A stretch of 37,768 nt of DNA from Chiloscyllium plagiosum (GCF_004010195.1 NC_057757.1:9873984-9911751); one strand, 5' to 3'. Shown: positions 9,861-21,029, counted from the first letter of the stretch. Translations and numbers: made by a program. Notes: generated by a model from the letters alone, not told the origin.

Positions 9861-9999
9861 GGATGAATTCATCTCAGTCGTCAACAGGCTATCGACAGGG
9901 TGGGCACAGCTATGGGAGTGGGAGTGAGAGCTCCCACAATACTTATGGACAGCAACCGTTGTATGGAAATTACGGGCAGCATTCAGATTCTCCTAGCAG
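9861..9999 (+). CDS. TAF15: Next coding exon of the same FET-family (TAF15-like) gene
   Basis: 84-nt GT-AG intron (9777-9860) with acceptor ttttctattttacAG|. The phase-1 junction restores the frame: (G)MNSSQSSTGYRQGGHSYGSGSESSHNTYGQQPLYGNYGQHSDSPS, ending in phase 2 at the donor AG|GTAATG. Confidence 0.75.
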
Positions 10000-12411
10000 G
10001 TAATGTCCAAGTAAAATAACTCAAACACTGCTACACACCAATTTCTTTTTGTTGTTTGGAATATATTTTTCAGTCAAGAATATAATACTACTTCAGACTT
10101 TCTTTTTAAAAAAAAAAAGTCCCTGCTATCCTGTGTTATGCATTAGGAGATTTCTTAATTGTCTATTTAAAACTATTGCCTTTAATTGCCTCCTCATACC
10201 TTTTTGCATCTGGTTGTTATTTAAATCACATTTGTCAATGATTGCCTTTTTTTGGAGTTCTTCAAGGAAGTGGCACTGCACCCTAGGGTATGTTCAGCCC
10301 TTCAGTTTATCTCGCCATCTGAATCCCTTGGTGATTTTAAAGCGTAGGACAGTTTCTAAACTCACAGGGTGCATTCCTTCTGGGAATGTTACCTCATCAG
10401 AAAGTCCTGATATCTGTGGTAAATGTGACTTTCTTGAGAGCAGGATATTTTATAAAACTTAGATTTCTCTTCCACCACCCTAAAGAGATTTCACGCCGAT
10501 ATTCATAATTTGCAAGTTACAGTGCCCTTTGCATCTGTCATTCTCCCTCTCCTAACACGTTCACATGGTCCTTCTCCAGATTCAAGATCACATGTTCAGC
10601 GCTCAGCCGTTTGCCACATCCCATGTCACCATATGCAACAGCATTGGAGGATTACTTGTATTCATTACAAGATTGTGTATAGCGCATGCCTTGCCAACTT
10701 CCTGTACCATTTAATGCCACACTTATATAACTAAATTTATTTTAGCCTAGGCAAATTTATTCTACTTACCCCTGATTGACTTATTGTAACATGGGATTGA
10801 CTCCGAGCCCTGGTTCTCCCAATCCCGACTTCCACTTTGAACAGCTGCAGCACAAGAACTCAAACGGTAAGTAAACCTTCATCCTGCGGCTATTGCATGA
10901 CCATTGTTAAAGTACACTTAATGTATTTGGGTGCAGAGTGCTCTTATCCACTACAATCCTGAATTCACAATGCAGTTGTGTAGTTGTAACTTTCTTAGCA
11001 ATAACCCATTTCTGCTGTGCTGATTGTATCTTGTTTCTGCTTTAAAATCATTTGATGTGTGAGATGTATTATTAAATTCCATTGAAAGGACACTTGATAC
11101 CAGGTTATGGAGCTGTTTTGATTTCAATTGAAACTCCATTAATGCCAAACTCATGACTTTATTCCACCATAACCTTAACTCTTGGGAATCTAGTGACCTT
11201 TTTTGGTTCCCAGGACAGGAGTTTACAGCATTTTTTTTTCCTTCCTCTTTTTGGTCACGCCACCAAAGCCTTATTAACCATGCTATTTCAATTTTTACCC
11301 TTCAAGTACAGGTTCCTCCCAGAGGATAAAACTGCATCCTTATCTCCTGAAGACTCTCTATGGAACATGCTGTAGTATGATGCAATTGGTGTTGCAATTT
11401 TCCAAAAGCTTCTATCTAAAAATGAGACTTGGTACTTATTTACTGGCATTCAGCTTGGAATTATCTTTTTANNNNNNNNNNNNNNNNNNNNNNNNNNNNN
11501 NNNNNNNNNNNNNNNNNNNNNNNNNNNNNNNNNNNNNNNNNNNNNNNNNNNNNNNNNNNNNNNNNNNNNNNNNNNNNNNNNNNNNNNNNNNNNNNNNNNN
11601 NNNNNNNNNNNNNNNNNNNNNNNNNNNNNNNNNNNNNNNNNNNNNNNNNNNNNNNNNNNNNNNNNNNNNNNNNNNNNNNNNNNNNNNNNNNNNNNNNNNN
11701 NNNNNNNNNNNNNNNNNNNNNNNNNNNNNNNNNNNNNNNNNNNNNNNNNNNNNNNNNNNNNNNNNNNNNNNNNNNNNNNNNNNNNNNNNNNNNNNNNNNN
11801 NNNNNNNNNNNNNNNNNNNNNNNNNNNNNNNNNNNNNNNNNNNNNNNNNNNNNNNNNNNNNNNNNNNNNNNNNNNNNNNNNNNNNNNNNNNNNNNNNNNN
11901 NNNNNNNNNNNNNNNNNNNNNNNNNNNNNNNNNNNNNNNNNNNNNNNNNNNNNNNNNNNNNNNNNNNNNNNNNNNNNNNNNNNNNNNNNNNNNNNNNNNN
12001 NNNNNNNNNNNNNNNNNNNNNNNNNNNNNNNNNNNNNNNNNNNNNNNNNNNNNNNNNNNNNNNNNNNNNNNNNNNNNNNNNNNNNNNNNNNNNNNNNNNN
12101 NNNNNNNNNNNNNNNNNNNNNNNNNNNNNNNNNNNNNNNNNNNNNNNNNNNNNNNNNNNNNNNNNNNNNNNNNNNNNNNNNNNNNNNNNNNNNNNNNNNN
12201 NNNNNNNNNNNNNNNNNNNNNNNNNNNNNNNNNNNNNNNNNNNNNNNNNNNNNNNNNNNNNNNNNNNNNNNNNNNNNNNNNNNNNNNNNNNNNNNNNNNN
12301 NNNNNNNNNNNNNNNNNNNNNNNNNNNNNNNNNNNNNNNNNNNNNNNNNNNNNNNNNNNNNNNNNNNNNNNNNNNNNNNNNNNNNNNNNNNNNNNNNNNN
12401 NNNNNNNNNNN

Positions 12412-12489
12412 GCTAGGACAAATGTTCGGCACAACATCGTGGGCCGAAGGGCCTGTTCTGTGCTGTATTGTTCTATGTTCTATGTTCTA
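12412..12489 (+). mobile_element. CR1 3'UTR and (ATGTTCT)n tail emerging from the assembly gap
   Basis: GGGCCGAAGGGCCTGTTCTGTGCTGTATTGTTCTATGTTCTATGTTCTA; near-identical in reverse complement to ~37527-37600. Confidence 0.9.
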
Positions 12490-13076
12490 AATATCAATAT
12501 GTATCAAGGGTTTAAAAGAAGGGGTCAGTTGGACAAAGAGCTCAGAGCTAACTGCCATCTGCCAAAGCTTGCAGCTGTCAGCTCAAGAGAGAGAAATTGG
12601 TTCTCACAGTCATCCACGTATTAGAGAAAGCACCATCTAAGTAATAACATTACCAATGATGGAGAATCAAAGGCATTCCTGACAGAAGAACAACATACGA
12701 AAGCACAGCACATTCCAGAAGATACATAACCTGGCTGCAGTTTCAAAAGACTAAATTCTGGATTTTTCTGTATATGAGTGGGACTTTTACTTATTGGAAC
12801 AGCATACCATTAGAATCTTGTTTTGTTCAGTAACCGTTAGTGGTTAGAAGGGATTTATTCAGTTTGTCAATAGTTTAGTTCATTTGTTCACTGTTCATGT
12901 TGGATAAATAAATTGTTACTAGTTGAATTTAAAGTGATTTATTTTATTTAGAAGTTTCTAAAAAGGAGGGTGCATCACTTTGCACACTCTCTTTACAGAT
13001 TATAGGGCAAGGCACTGCTCTTTAGGGGTTTCAGCTTTAGTTCTCAATTGAGGCAGTCAACCTCTGCTTTATAGCA
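12490..13076 (+). mobile_element. Possible 3' half of an LTR-like repeat
   Basis: TATA-like TTTAAAAG (~12511), AATAAA (~12907) and a ..ATAGCA end. Family resemblance is from recall only. Confidence 0.3.
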
Positions 13077-13111
13077 CGTGCATGACTGTGGACATGCCTG
13101 TGAGATATCAT

Positions 13112-16100
13112 CTATTGGTCTGATTGTGGCCAAGGATTTTCTTGCCCACTAGCTCTCCTCAGTCGATTTTTGATATCTTTCCTAGCTACCCTGTAATCCT
13201 CTAAAGCTGTGCCAGATCCTTGCTTCCTCAATCTTAAGTAAGCTCCCTCCTTCCTCTTGACGGGAAGCTCCTCTTCTCTTGTTATCCAAGGCTCCTTCAC
13301 CTTACCTTACCTTTCCTGATTCAGTGGATAAAGCCATCCAAGTGCTCCTTAAAGTGCATCCACATTTCTATCGTGCCTTTCCCATAGAAGAATTGTTCCC
13401 AATTTATACTCCACAGCTCCTGTCTAACAGCAGTATAACTTCCCCTACCCCAATTAAATACCTTCCCTTATTATGTTCCTATTCCTCTCCATGGCTATGG
13501 TAAAAGCAGTTGTGGTCACTGTCACCGAAATGATCTCCCACTGGGAGATCTGACACCTGGTCTGGCTCATTGCCTCACACCAAATCCAATATGGCCTCTC
13601 CCCTAGTCTACATATCGAGTCAGGAATCCTTCCTGGACACACCTGACAAAATCAGCTCCACCCAGACCATCTGCATTGATGAGGTTCCAATCAATATTCG
13701 GGAAGTTGAAGTCACCCACAACAACAACAACTCTGTTACAGTGGCACCTTTCCAAGATCTGCTGTCCAATCTGTTCTTCCATCTCTCTGCTGCTACTGGG
13801 GGTCAAACAATGACTGCAGATGCTGGAATCTGCAGATGCTAGATTAGAGTGATGCTGGAAAAGCACAGCAGTTCAGGCAGTATCTGAGGAGCTGGAAAAT
13901 TGATGTTTCAGGCAAAAGTCCTTCATCCGGAATACAGGCAGAGAGCCTGAAGGGTGGAGAGATAAGCTAGGGGAGGGTGAGGGTGGGGAGAGAGTAGCAT
14001 AGNNNNNNNNNNNNNNNNNNNNNNNNNNNNNNNNNNNNNNNNNNNNNNNNNNNNNNNNNNNNNNNNNNNNNNNNNNNNNNNNNNNNNNNNNNNNNNNNNN
14101 NNNNNNNNNNNNNNNNNNNNNNNNNNNNNNNNNNNNNNNNNNNNNNNNNNNNNNNNNNNNNNNNNNNNNNNNNNNNNNNNNNNNNNNNNNNNNNNNNNNN
14201 NNNNNNNNNNNNNNNNNNNNNNNNNNNNNNNNNNNNNNNNNNNNNNNNNNNNNNNNNNNNNNNNNNNNNNNNNNNNNNNNNNNNNNNNNNNNNNNNNNNN
14301 NNNNNNNNNNNNNNNNNNNNNNNNNNNNNNNNNNNNNNNNNNNNNNNNNNNNNNNNNNNNNNNNNNNNNNNNNNNNNNNNNNNNNNNNNNNNNNNNNNNN
14401 NNNNNNNNNNNNNNNNNNNNNNNNNNGATTTGGTTTATGCGAAGGTTGGTAGGGTGGAAGGTGAGCACCAGGGGCGTTCTGTCCTTGTTACGGTTGGAGG
14501 GGTGGGGTCTGAGGGCGGAGGTGCGAGATGTGGACGATATGCGTTGGAGGGCATCTTTAACCACTTGGGAAGGGAAATTGCGGTCTCTAAAGAAGGAGGC
14601 CATCTGGTGTGTTCTGTGGTGGAACTGCTCCTCCTGGGAGCAGATACGGCGGAGGCGGAGGAATTGGGAATACTATTGGGGGGTCTATAGATAACACCCA
14701 ATAAAGTGACTGCTCCTTTCCTGTTACTGATGTCCACCCATACTGCCTCAATAGATAAATCCTCCTCAACAGCCTCCTCTTCTGCAGCTGTTTTGCACTC
14801 TCTCACAATGCTACTCTCTCTCCTCTTTTGCTCCCCTCTCTGTTCTTTTTAAAAGATCTAAACCCTGGAACATCCAACAACCATTCCTGCCCCTGTGACA
14901 TCCATGTCTCCGTTATGACCACAACATCGTAGTTCCAAGTACTGATCCGTGCTCTAAGTTCATCACTCTTATTCCTGACACACCTTGCATTGAAACAGAC
15001 AGACATTGACCCATCCCTTTCCTGTAACAACTGTGAATCATTCCTGACAGACTCTCTGCATTCTATTTCTGTCTGTTCAACAACTACCCTCATCTCTGAC
15101 CTGCACCTCTGGTTCCCATCCCCCTGCCAAACTCGTTTTAACCCTCCCGAAGTGCTCTTGCAAATCTCCCGCCCAGAATGTTGGTGCCCCTCCAGTTTAA
15201 GTGCAACCCGTCTTTCATGTACAGGTCCCACCTTCCCCAGAAGGTACCCCAATGATCGACATATCTGAAGCCCTCCCTCCTACACTAGCGCTGTAGCCAC
15301 GTGTTTAGCTGCACTCGCTCCCTGTTACTAGCCTCACTAGTACATGACATCGATAGCAATCCTGAGATTACTACTCTGCTTGTCCTTCAACCTAACTCTC
15401 TGAAATCACTTTTTAGAACCTCATTCCTTTTCCTAGCTATGTCATTGGTGCCAAAGTGCACCACAACTCTAGCTGCTCACCATTCAGAATCTTGTCGACT
15501 CAATCAGAGACATCCTGGACCCTGGCACCTGGGAGGCAACATACCTTCCGAGAGTCCCTTCATGACCACAGAATCTCCTGTCTGTTCCTCTAAATATTGA
15601 GTCTCCTACCACTAGCGCTTTTTTATTCTCCCCCTCCACCTTCCCTTCTGAACCACAGAGCTAGGCTCAGTATCAGAGATCTGGCCACTCTGGCTTTCCC
15701 CTGGTAGGTCGTATCCAACAGTATCCAAAACAGTACACTTATTATTGAGGGGACCAGCCACAGGGGATCCCTGCACTGCCTGTCTGTTCCCTTTCCATCC
15801 CCTGACCTTTTTCCTGTACCTGAGGTGTGACTGCCACTCTGTAACTCCTCTCAGTAACAGCCTCCCAAACGATCTGAAATTCATCCAGTTCCACCTACTC
15901 ATGACACAGTTTCCAAGGAGCTGGAGTTGGGTGTGCTTCCTGCAGATGAAGTCAGCAGGGACACGAGTGGTGATCCTTAACCTCCCACATTCTACAAGAG
16001 AAGCATTCAACTGACCTAATATCCATTCCCACTGTTCTGAATTCCCAAACAGACTATTGAAAAAAACCCACTAGTAATCTTACCAAACTGGCGCATAGAG

Positions 16101-16320
16101 GTTTGTTTTGGTTAGAGGAGGATGGGTGGGAGACACTACCTTAGTTGTGTTTTGGGTAAAGCAACCGCCCAAATATATTACCTCACTTACTCAGCGGCCC
16201 CATGTCTGCTCCTGCTCAGCATGTGCTCCACCTACTCATGAGGTAAGCTTTTAAAGGATTAATTTGCCTTCCCGGCAGCTCCCTGGTCCTTGCTCTTACT
16301 GCTCCCACTGCTTCTGCAAA
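13112..16320 (-). mobile_element. 5' portion of a CR1 LINE (5'UTR, ORF1, APE endonuclease), lacking RT and 3' end, interrupted by a Penelope insertion
   Basis: ORF1 remnants (C..PADFICRKHTQLQLL; 15200-16010). APE motifs CFNARCVRNK..DVVVITETW (14803-15000) and LLGVIYRPPNS (14670-14720) resume as REMEEQIG..VGDFNFPNIDW (13603-13800) and KEPWITRE (13112-13300). Confidence 0.9.
13805..14670 (-). mobile_element. 5'-truncated Penelope-like element (RT thumb/linker to pseudo-LTR) spanning a gap
   Basis: Minus frame SQFLRLRRICSQEEQFHHRTHQMASFFRDRNFP...PLVLTFHP, a typical Penelope RT C-terminal region. Terminal sequence homologous to 1-281, with a decayed hammerhead near 13900-13930. Imperfect TSD TGCTACTGGGGGTC / TACTATTGGGGGGTC. 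Confidence 0.9.
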
Positions 16321-16465
16321 TATATAATCGGTCAGTTCATAAGTCTGATAAGAGCAGGAATTCTTAAATCTGTTGGTACATGTTTCCAAACTCTTATATC
16401 TTCTGTCCAATGGGAGAGGGTGGAAGAGAGTATAACTGGGGTGGGAGGGGCCTTTGATTATGCCC

Positions 16466-16655
16466 CCTACTGTGTGGAAGCAGGCCATTTGGCCCATCGC
16501 ATTCACATTGACCCTCCGAAGAGCATTCCAGCCAGACCCACACCCTTATGCCTGTAACCCTGCATTCCCCATGGCTAACCCACCTAGCCTGCACACCCCC
16601 GAACACTATGGTCAATTTAGATGGCCAATCCACCCTAATCTGCACATCTTTGGGC
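16466..16655 (-). mobile_element. HE1/V-SINE-type SINE 3' half
   Basis: Homologous to the SINE at 35130-35445 (CCAAAGATGTGCAG..GATTGGCCAT.TAAATTG, with a CR1-like tail). Confidence 0.8.
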
Positions 16656-16752
16656 TGCTTCCAGGCTGCTTTCCTGAGGCAGCAGGAAGTGTAGATGGAG
16701 TCAATGGAAGGAAGGCTGGTTTTAGTGATGGACTGGGTTGCATTCACACCTC

Positions 16753-16960
16753 GGTAAAAACAATGACTGCAGATGCTGGAAACCAGATTCTGGATTAGTG
16801 GTGCTGGAAGAGCACAGCAGTTCAGGCAGCATCCGAGGAGCAGTAAAATTGATGTATCGTGCAAAAGCCTGATGAAGGGCTTTTGCCCGAAACGTCGATT
16901 TTACTGCTCCTCGGATGCTGCCTGAACTGCTGTGCTCTTCCAGCACCACTAATCCAGAAT
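16753..16960. mobile_element. Palindromic Penelope pseudo-LTR insertion with a 13-bp TSD
   Basis: Perfect direct repeat GCATTCACACCTC at 16740-16752 and 16961-16973; inverted arms 16787-16869 and 16878-16960. Confidence 0.9.
16869..16896 (+). ncRNA. Minimal hammerhead ribozyme core (family A), identical to 156-183
   Basis: CTGATGAAGGGCTTTTGCCCGAAACGTC. The native 5' helix I strand is replaced by the inversion junction. Confidence 0.6.
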
Positions 16961-18149
16961 GCATTCACACCTCTTTATAATTTCACATGGTCTTGAGCTG
17001 AACAGTTGCCACTCCAAGCTATGATGCATCCAGATAAGATAATTTCTATGGTGCATCGATGAGTCACTGTGGAAATGCTGAATTTCCTTAGCCTGCTGAG
17101 GAAGTAGAGGCATTGGTGTGCTTTCTTGACTGTAGAGTCAATGTGGATGGACCAGGACAGACTGCTGGTGGGTTGAGGAGTTTAGAAGGAAGTGCAATGA
17201 ATACACGTTGAGTGGACAGGATCACAAGTCCTGTCAGCAGCCATTGCTGTGTTTGCAGCGAGAGTGCTGCTGAGGGGAATGGACCAGCAGAGGGAGGACA
17301 AAACAGAGGCATAATAGGTCTGAAGGAGCAAGCAATCGCATTCTCATCCCCCTGCACCGAGACATCCGTCTCCAGGAAGTAATCACGCAATCGGAAGCCT
17401 CAGACTTGCAGCTTTAATGTGCAAATTATATCTCATTCCCATGGCACTCTGACCTCCCTCCGTGCAATTACTTCCTGTGAGTTGATGAATTGCAGACATT
17501 GAAGGGACCCCAAGCACCCAGGTTAATTCCACTGTCCTTGAAAATGTTTTTTACTACAGTTTCTCTGTAATTTCTGTTCAATAAGAAGAATGGGGTTCAG
17601 CTTCTCATGCATTTCAAGCTTTTGCCTTTGAATGCACCGCTTTCTTTAAAATCTTCCCTCCTAACGTACACTGCCAGAATTGGATACAATCTTCCAGTTA
17701 AGGCTGAACTAATTTGTTGTGTGTTCTAACTTCCCTGCTTCACTGTTCTGTGCTCGCATTTATAAAGCCAGCAAACCATTTCCCGAACCTGTGCTGCTGT
17801 CTTCAACCATTTGTGTTGTTCTGACTACTGTAGAGACTGGCAACTTTTAAAAACACATTTGGATTCCCAGTTAACAACCTAAAGGAATGGTACTCAAGAG
17901 TTTAATTTTTAAGAATTTTACTATAACAAACAAACCAAATTCAGCATTGACTAAACATTACTTGGTAGGTAGTTAATATGCTAAAGTACAGAAATGTTTC
18001 CCTTATTGTGGTCTAAACTCAACTACTAACCCCATGCTGTATATATAATTTGTAGAACACTCTGTTGAATTGCCATCTTTTAAAGTCATTCAGAGCTTCC
18101 AACACTTATGAGTCACAATGTCCAGTCACTCTCAGTCTTCCAAGAAATC

Positions 18150-18985
18150 CCAAACTGACATCCCACTCCAGAGGATTTCTTACCACGGCCATAACAACAG
18201 CAGCTCTTGGTCCTCACTTACCATCCCACTGGCATCCACATCCAAAGGGTCAGAGGCCATAATTCCTGTCACCTCCATTGGGATGCCACCATATTCCCAT
18301 CCTTCATAAACCTTTCACGGGGACTGTTCCCTCCAGTACACGGGGTCAGTCTCCCAACCCCTCTACACAGCCCCATGGCACCTTCCCATGTAACTGCAGG
18401 AAGTGTAACATCCTGCCTGTTTATTTCCTCCCTCCTCAGTATCCAAGGGGCCAAACACAACTTCCAGGTGAAGCAACGCTTTATCTGCATTTTCACACAA
18501 TCTAGTCTACTGCATTCGCTGCTCACAATGTGGTCCCCTCTGTACTGGGGAGACAATGTGTAGACTAGGTCACCACTTCACAGAACACCTACATTCTGCC
18601 CGCAGAAAAGACCCTGAGCTTCCAGCTACCTGCCACTTTAACACATTACCCTGTTCCCTGGCCAACCACTCTCTCTGGCTTTCCGCAGTGCTCCAGTGAA
18701 GCTCAGTGCAAACTGGAAGAATAGCACCTCAATTTCCGCTTGGGGCCCATCAGCTTTCAGAACTCAACAGTGAGTTCAATAATTTTAGGGCCTGAGGCAT
18801 CTTCTCCTATGTCTTATACCCACTCCACACCTTGCCATCACATGGGTTGCTTTCACCACTGCCGGCCCATGTTCAACCACCAAAGGTCCCATTAGTAGCT
18901 TTTCTTTCTCCCTGGCTCACCATTATCCATTCCGTTGTCTGTCCCACCGCTGTGCTCTGTCTCTTTAGACATCCTCTCCACCTAT
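18150..18985 (+). mobile_element. Old Penelope-like element: linker, GIY-YIG endonuclease and 3' tract
   Basis: Frameshifted LVLTYHPTGIHIQRV, GTFPCNCRKCN, FQVKQRFIC, LVYCIRCSQCGPLCTGETMCRLGHHFTEHL (GIY-YIG with Cys motifs). Confidence 0.9.
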
Positions 18986-19179
18986 TATCAGTCATTGGAT
19001 GCGGAATGAATATCTGTTTTGCTTTCAGATTTCTGTGGTTCTTTGTTTCTCAAGCTTCCAAATTCTTCAAGCCCTGGGGATCAATACCACAGCTGTTCCA
19101 CATGGAAGCCAGCACAGAAGTAATTTTCCTGATGCTCTCAGTCAGTGTTATCATTCGGTCTCGTCTCCAATTGTCCCTG

Positions 19180-19312
19180 TTCAAGGGATCAAGGAATACA
19201 GGGAGAAGAGAGGAGAATGGGGTTGAGAAACGGATCAGCCATGATTGAATGATGGAGGAGACTCGATGGGCTGAATGGCCTAATTCTGCTGCTATGTCTT
19301 ATGGTGTTATGT
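19180..19312 (+). mobile_element. CR1 3'UTR fragment
   Basis: GATCAGCCATGATTGAATG..GGGCTGAATGGCCTAATTCTGCT..TATGTCTTATGGT. Confidence 0.75.
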
Positions 19313-19348
19313 TCTGGGGACAGAATGTCTGTAATAACAAGAACATTT

Positions 19349-19813
19349 TGTGGCTCAGTGATCGGTACTGCTGCCTCACAGCCTCGGGTGACTGTCTGTG
19401 TGGAGTTTAGATGTTCCCTCGTGTCTGTGTGGGTGTCCTTCAGGTGCTCCAGTTTCCCACCATAGTCTATTGCTGGGCGAGTTAGGGTAGATTGGCCATA
19501 CTAAATTGCCCCGTAGTGCACAGGGATGTACAGGTCTAGATTAGAGTGGTGCTGGAAAAGCACAGCAGGTCAGGCAGCATCCGAGGAGCAGGAAAATTGA
19601 GGTTTTGGGCAAAAGCCCTTCACTATGAGGTTTCCAGCATCTACAGTCCTCACTTTTGCCACAGGGATGTGCATGCTAGGTGGATTAGCCATAGGAAATA
19701 CACGGGTATGGGAATAGGGTGGGAGGGGTGTATCTGGGTGGGATGCTGTTTGGAGCAGTGCAGCCTCAATGGGCTGAGTGATCTGCTTCTACACTGTATG
19801 ATTCTATGATTCT
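19349..19813 (+). mobile_element. HE1/V-SINE-type tRNA-derived SINE (B-box region deleted) with a nested Penelope fragment at ~19535-19659
   Basis: A-box-like TGGCTCAGTG, TGTCTGTGTGGAGTTT core and (ATTCTATG)n tail. The insert is flanked by CACAGGGATGT (19519-19529 / 19660-19670). Confidence 0.85.
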
Positions 19814-21029
19814 AAATTTCCCACAGTGGCCATGGGAAATGCAGGGTTACAGTATAGAGCTGGGGTGTCAGTGTTGACTTGATGGGCTGAATAGCTGTAG
19901 GGATTATTTTCAGATATTAACCCCGGCATGTGCATTTCAATGTCTCTATGTCTCAATCAGTTCTCAGTCTGCAGCTGCCTGTTGTTGGGGTTCCTGCATT
20001 ATGAACTGGATGGTCAAGGTTAATGACCCAATTGAGCTGATGGACTCTTCTCTTGCCTCGATTGTGTTGGGAGGGCCCCAGAGTCTGATCCATGCTTCGA
20101 TCTATTGCTCCAGCTGGGAGCCAGTGACACTGAAACCATGAGGCTTCATGAGCCTGAAGGTCAATGGGGACAGTGATTAACGGCCGTGAACCAGGGATAA
20201 CTGTAACCCTGCCAAGGCTGCATTCCGAATCAACATGATTGGTTTGCCGAAACTGAATATCTTTCAGGGTCAGGGTAGCACAAGACCATCCAGAGCAAAA
20301 TAATTGACTCTCTGGAGCAAGGTCAGTTCAAACAGGAGCATTCTTCGACTCATTCTTACCCAATGATAAATTGCAGGCAAACACACCGTGTATGAGATGC
20401 TGCTGGCTGTTTAGGGAGGCCAGGAGAATTGCAAATTACAGGCTGCAAAGGCATTAAATGCTCTTCATTTGCATTCATTTATCAAGCATGTTATCAAAAT
20501 GTGACAGTGAATCAGGCACCGAAAGGTCAGGCTTCCTCCTTTCATATGATGCTATTAACTATTGATGCAATTCCATTTTAATTAAAATGTGGTCCATTGC
20601 TCTAGCTGGGGAAATAATCAAATCAGGAAACAGACTGGCATAGAGACTTGTAAATTGAGTTAAGAAGTGAATAGGAATTGATGAAATAAGTGGGAAAGGC
20701 AAATAAAATGGAGAAAGATGGTTACAGAATAATACAAATTCGAGTCAGATAATTAGACAATAAAGCAGCATGTCAGTGGCAGATAATTATCAACCACTTG
20801 TGTGTTAGTAATGGGATAAACTGGTTTACAAGCTGTGTTTGTTGAATTAAACATGAAATTTGGAATTCATGGTTTTCATATTTGACCTTTCTGGAGCTTG
20901 AGAAGTTAAACTAACAACTAACAATTAAATAGAGTCACAGATTCTTCAGCTTTCGATATCACACGTATTACAGACATTGTTCTAATCCAGAATAAACACC
21001 ACACCCTATCTACTAATTACTTAGTCTCT

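Larger units (their letters stand above)
16330..17170 (-). mobile_element. Rex1/Babar-type LINE 3' portion hosting nested SINE and Penelope insertions
   Basis: Minus strand QSITKTSLPSIDSIYTSCCLRKAA..IIKGPSHPSYTLFHPLP..RRYKSL..TNRFKNS, the typical Rex1/Babar C-terminus; 16980-17120 is homologous to 28400-28535. Confidence 0.8.

Noticed and set aside
11377..12624. ORFs of 226-415 aa here and across the gaps at 14003-14426 and 29100-29677
   Set aside because: Artefacts of translating through runs of N.
13140..13730. Local segmental duplication with 24590-25178
   Set aside because: The similarity is confined to CR1 ORF2 sequence with many substitutions and indels, as expected for independent copies of one subfamily.
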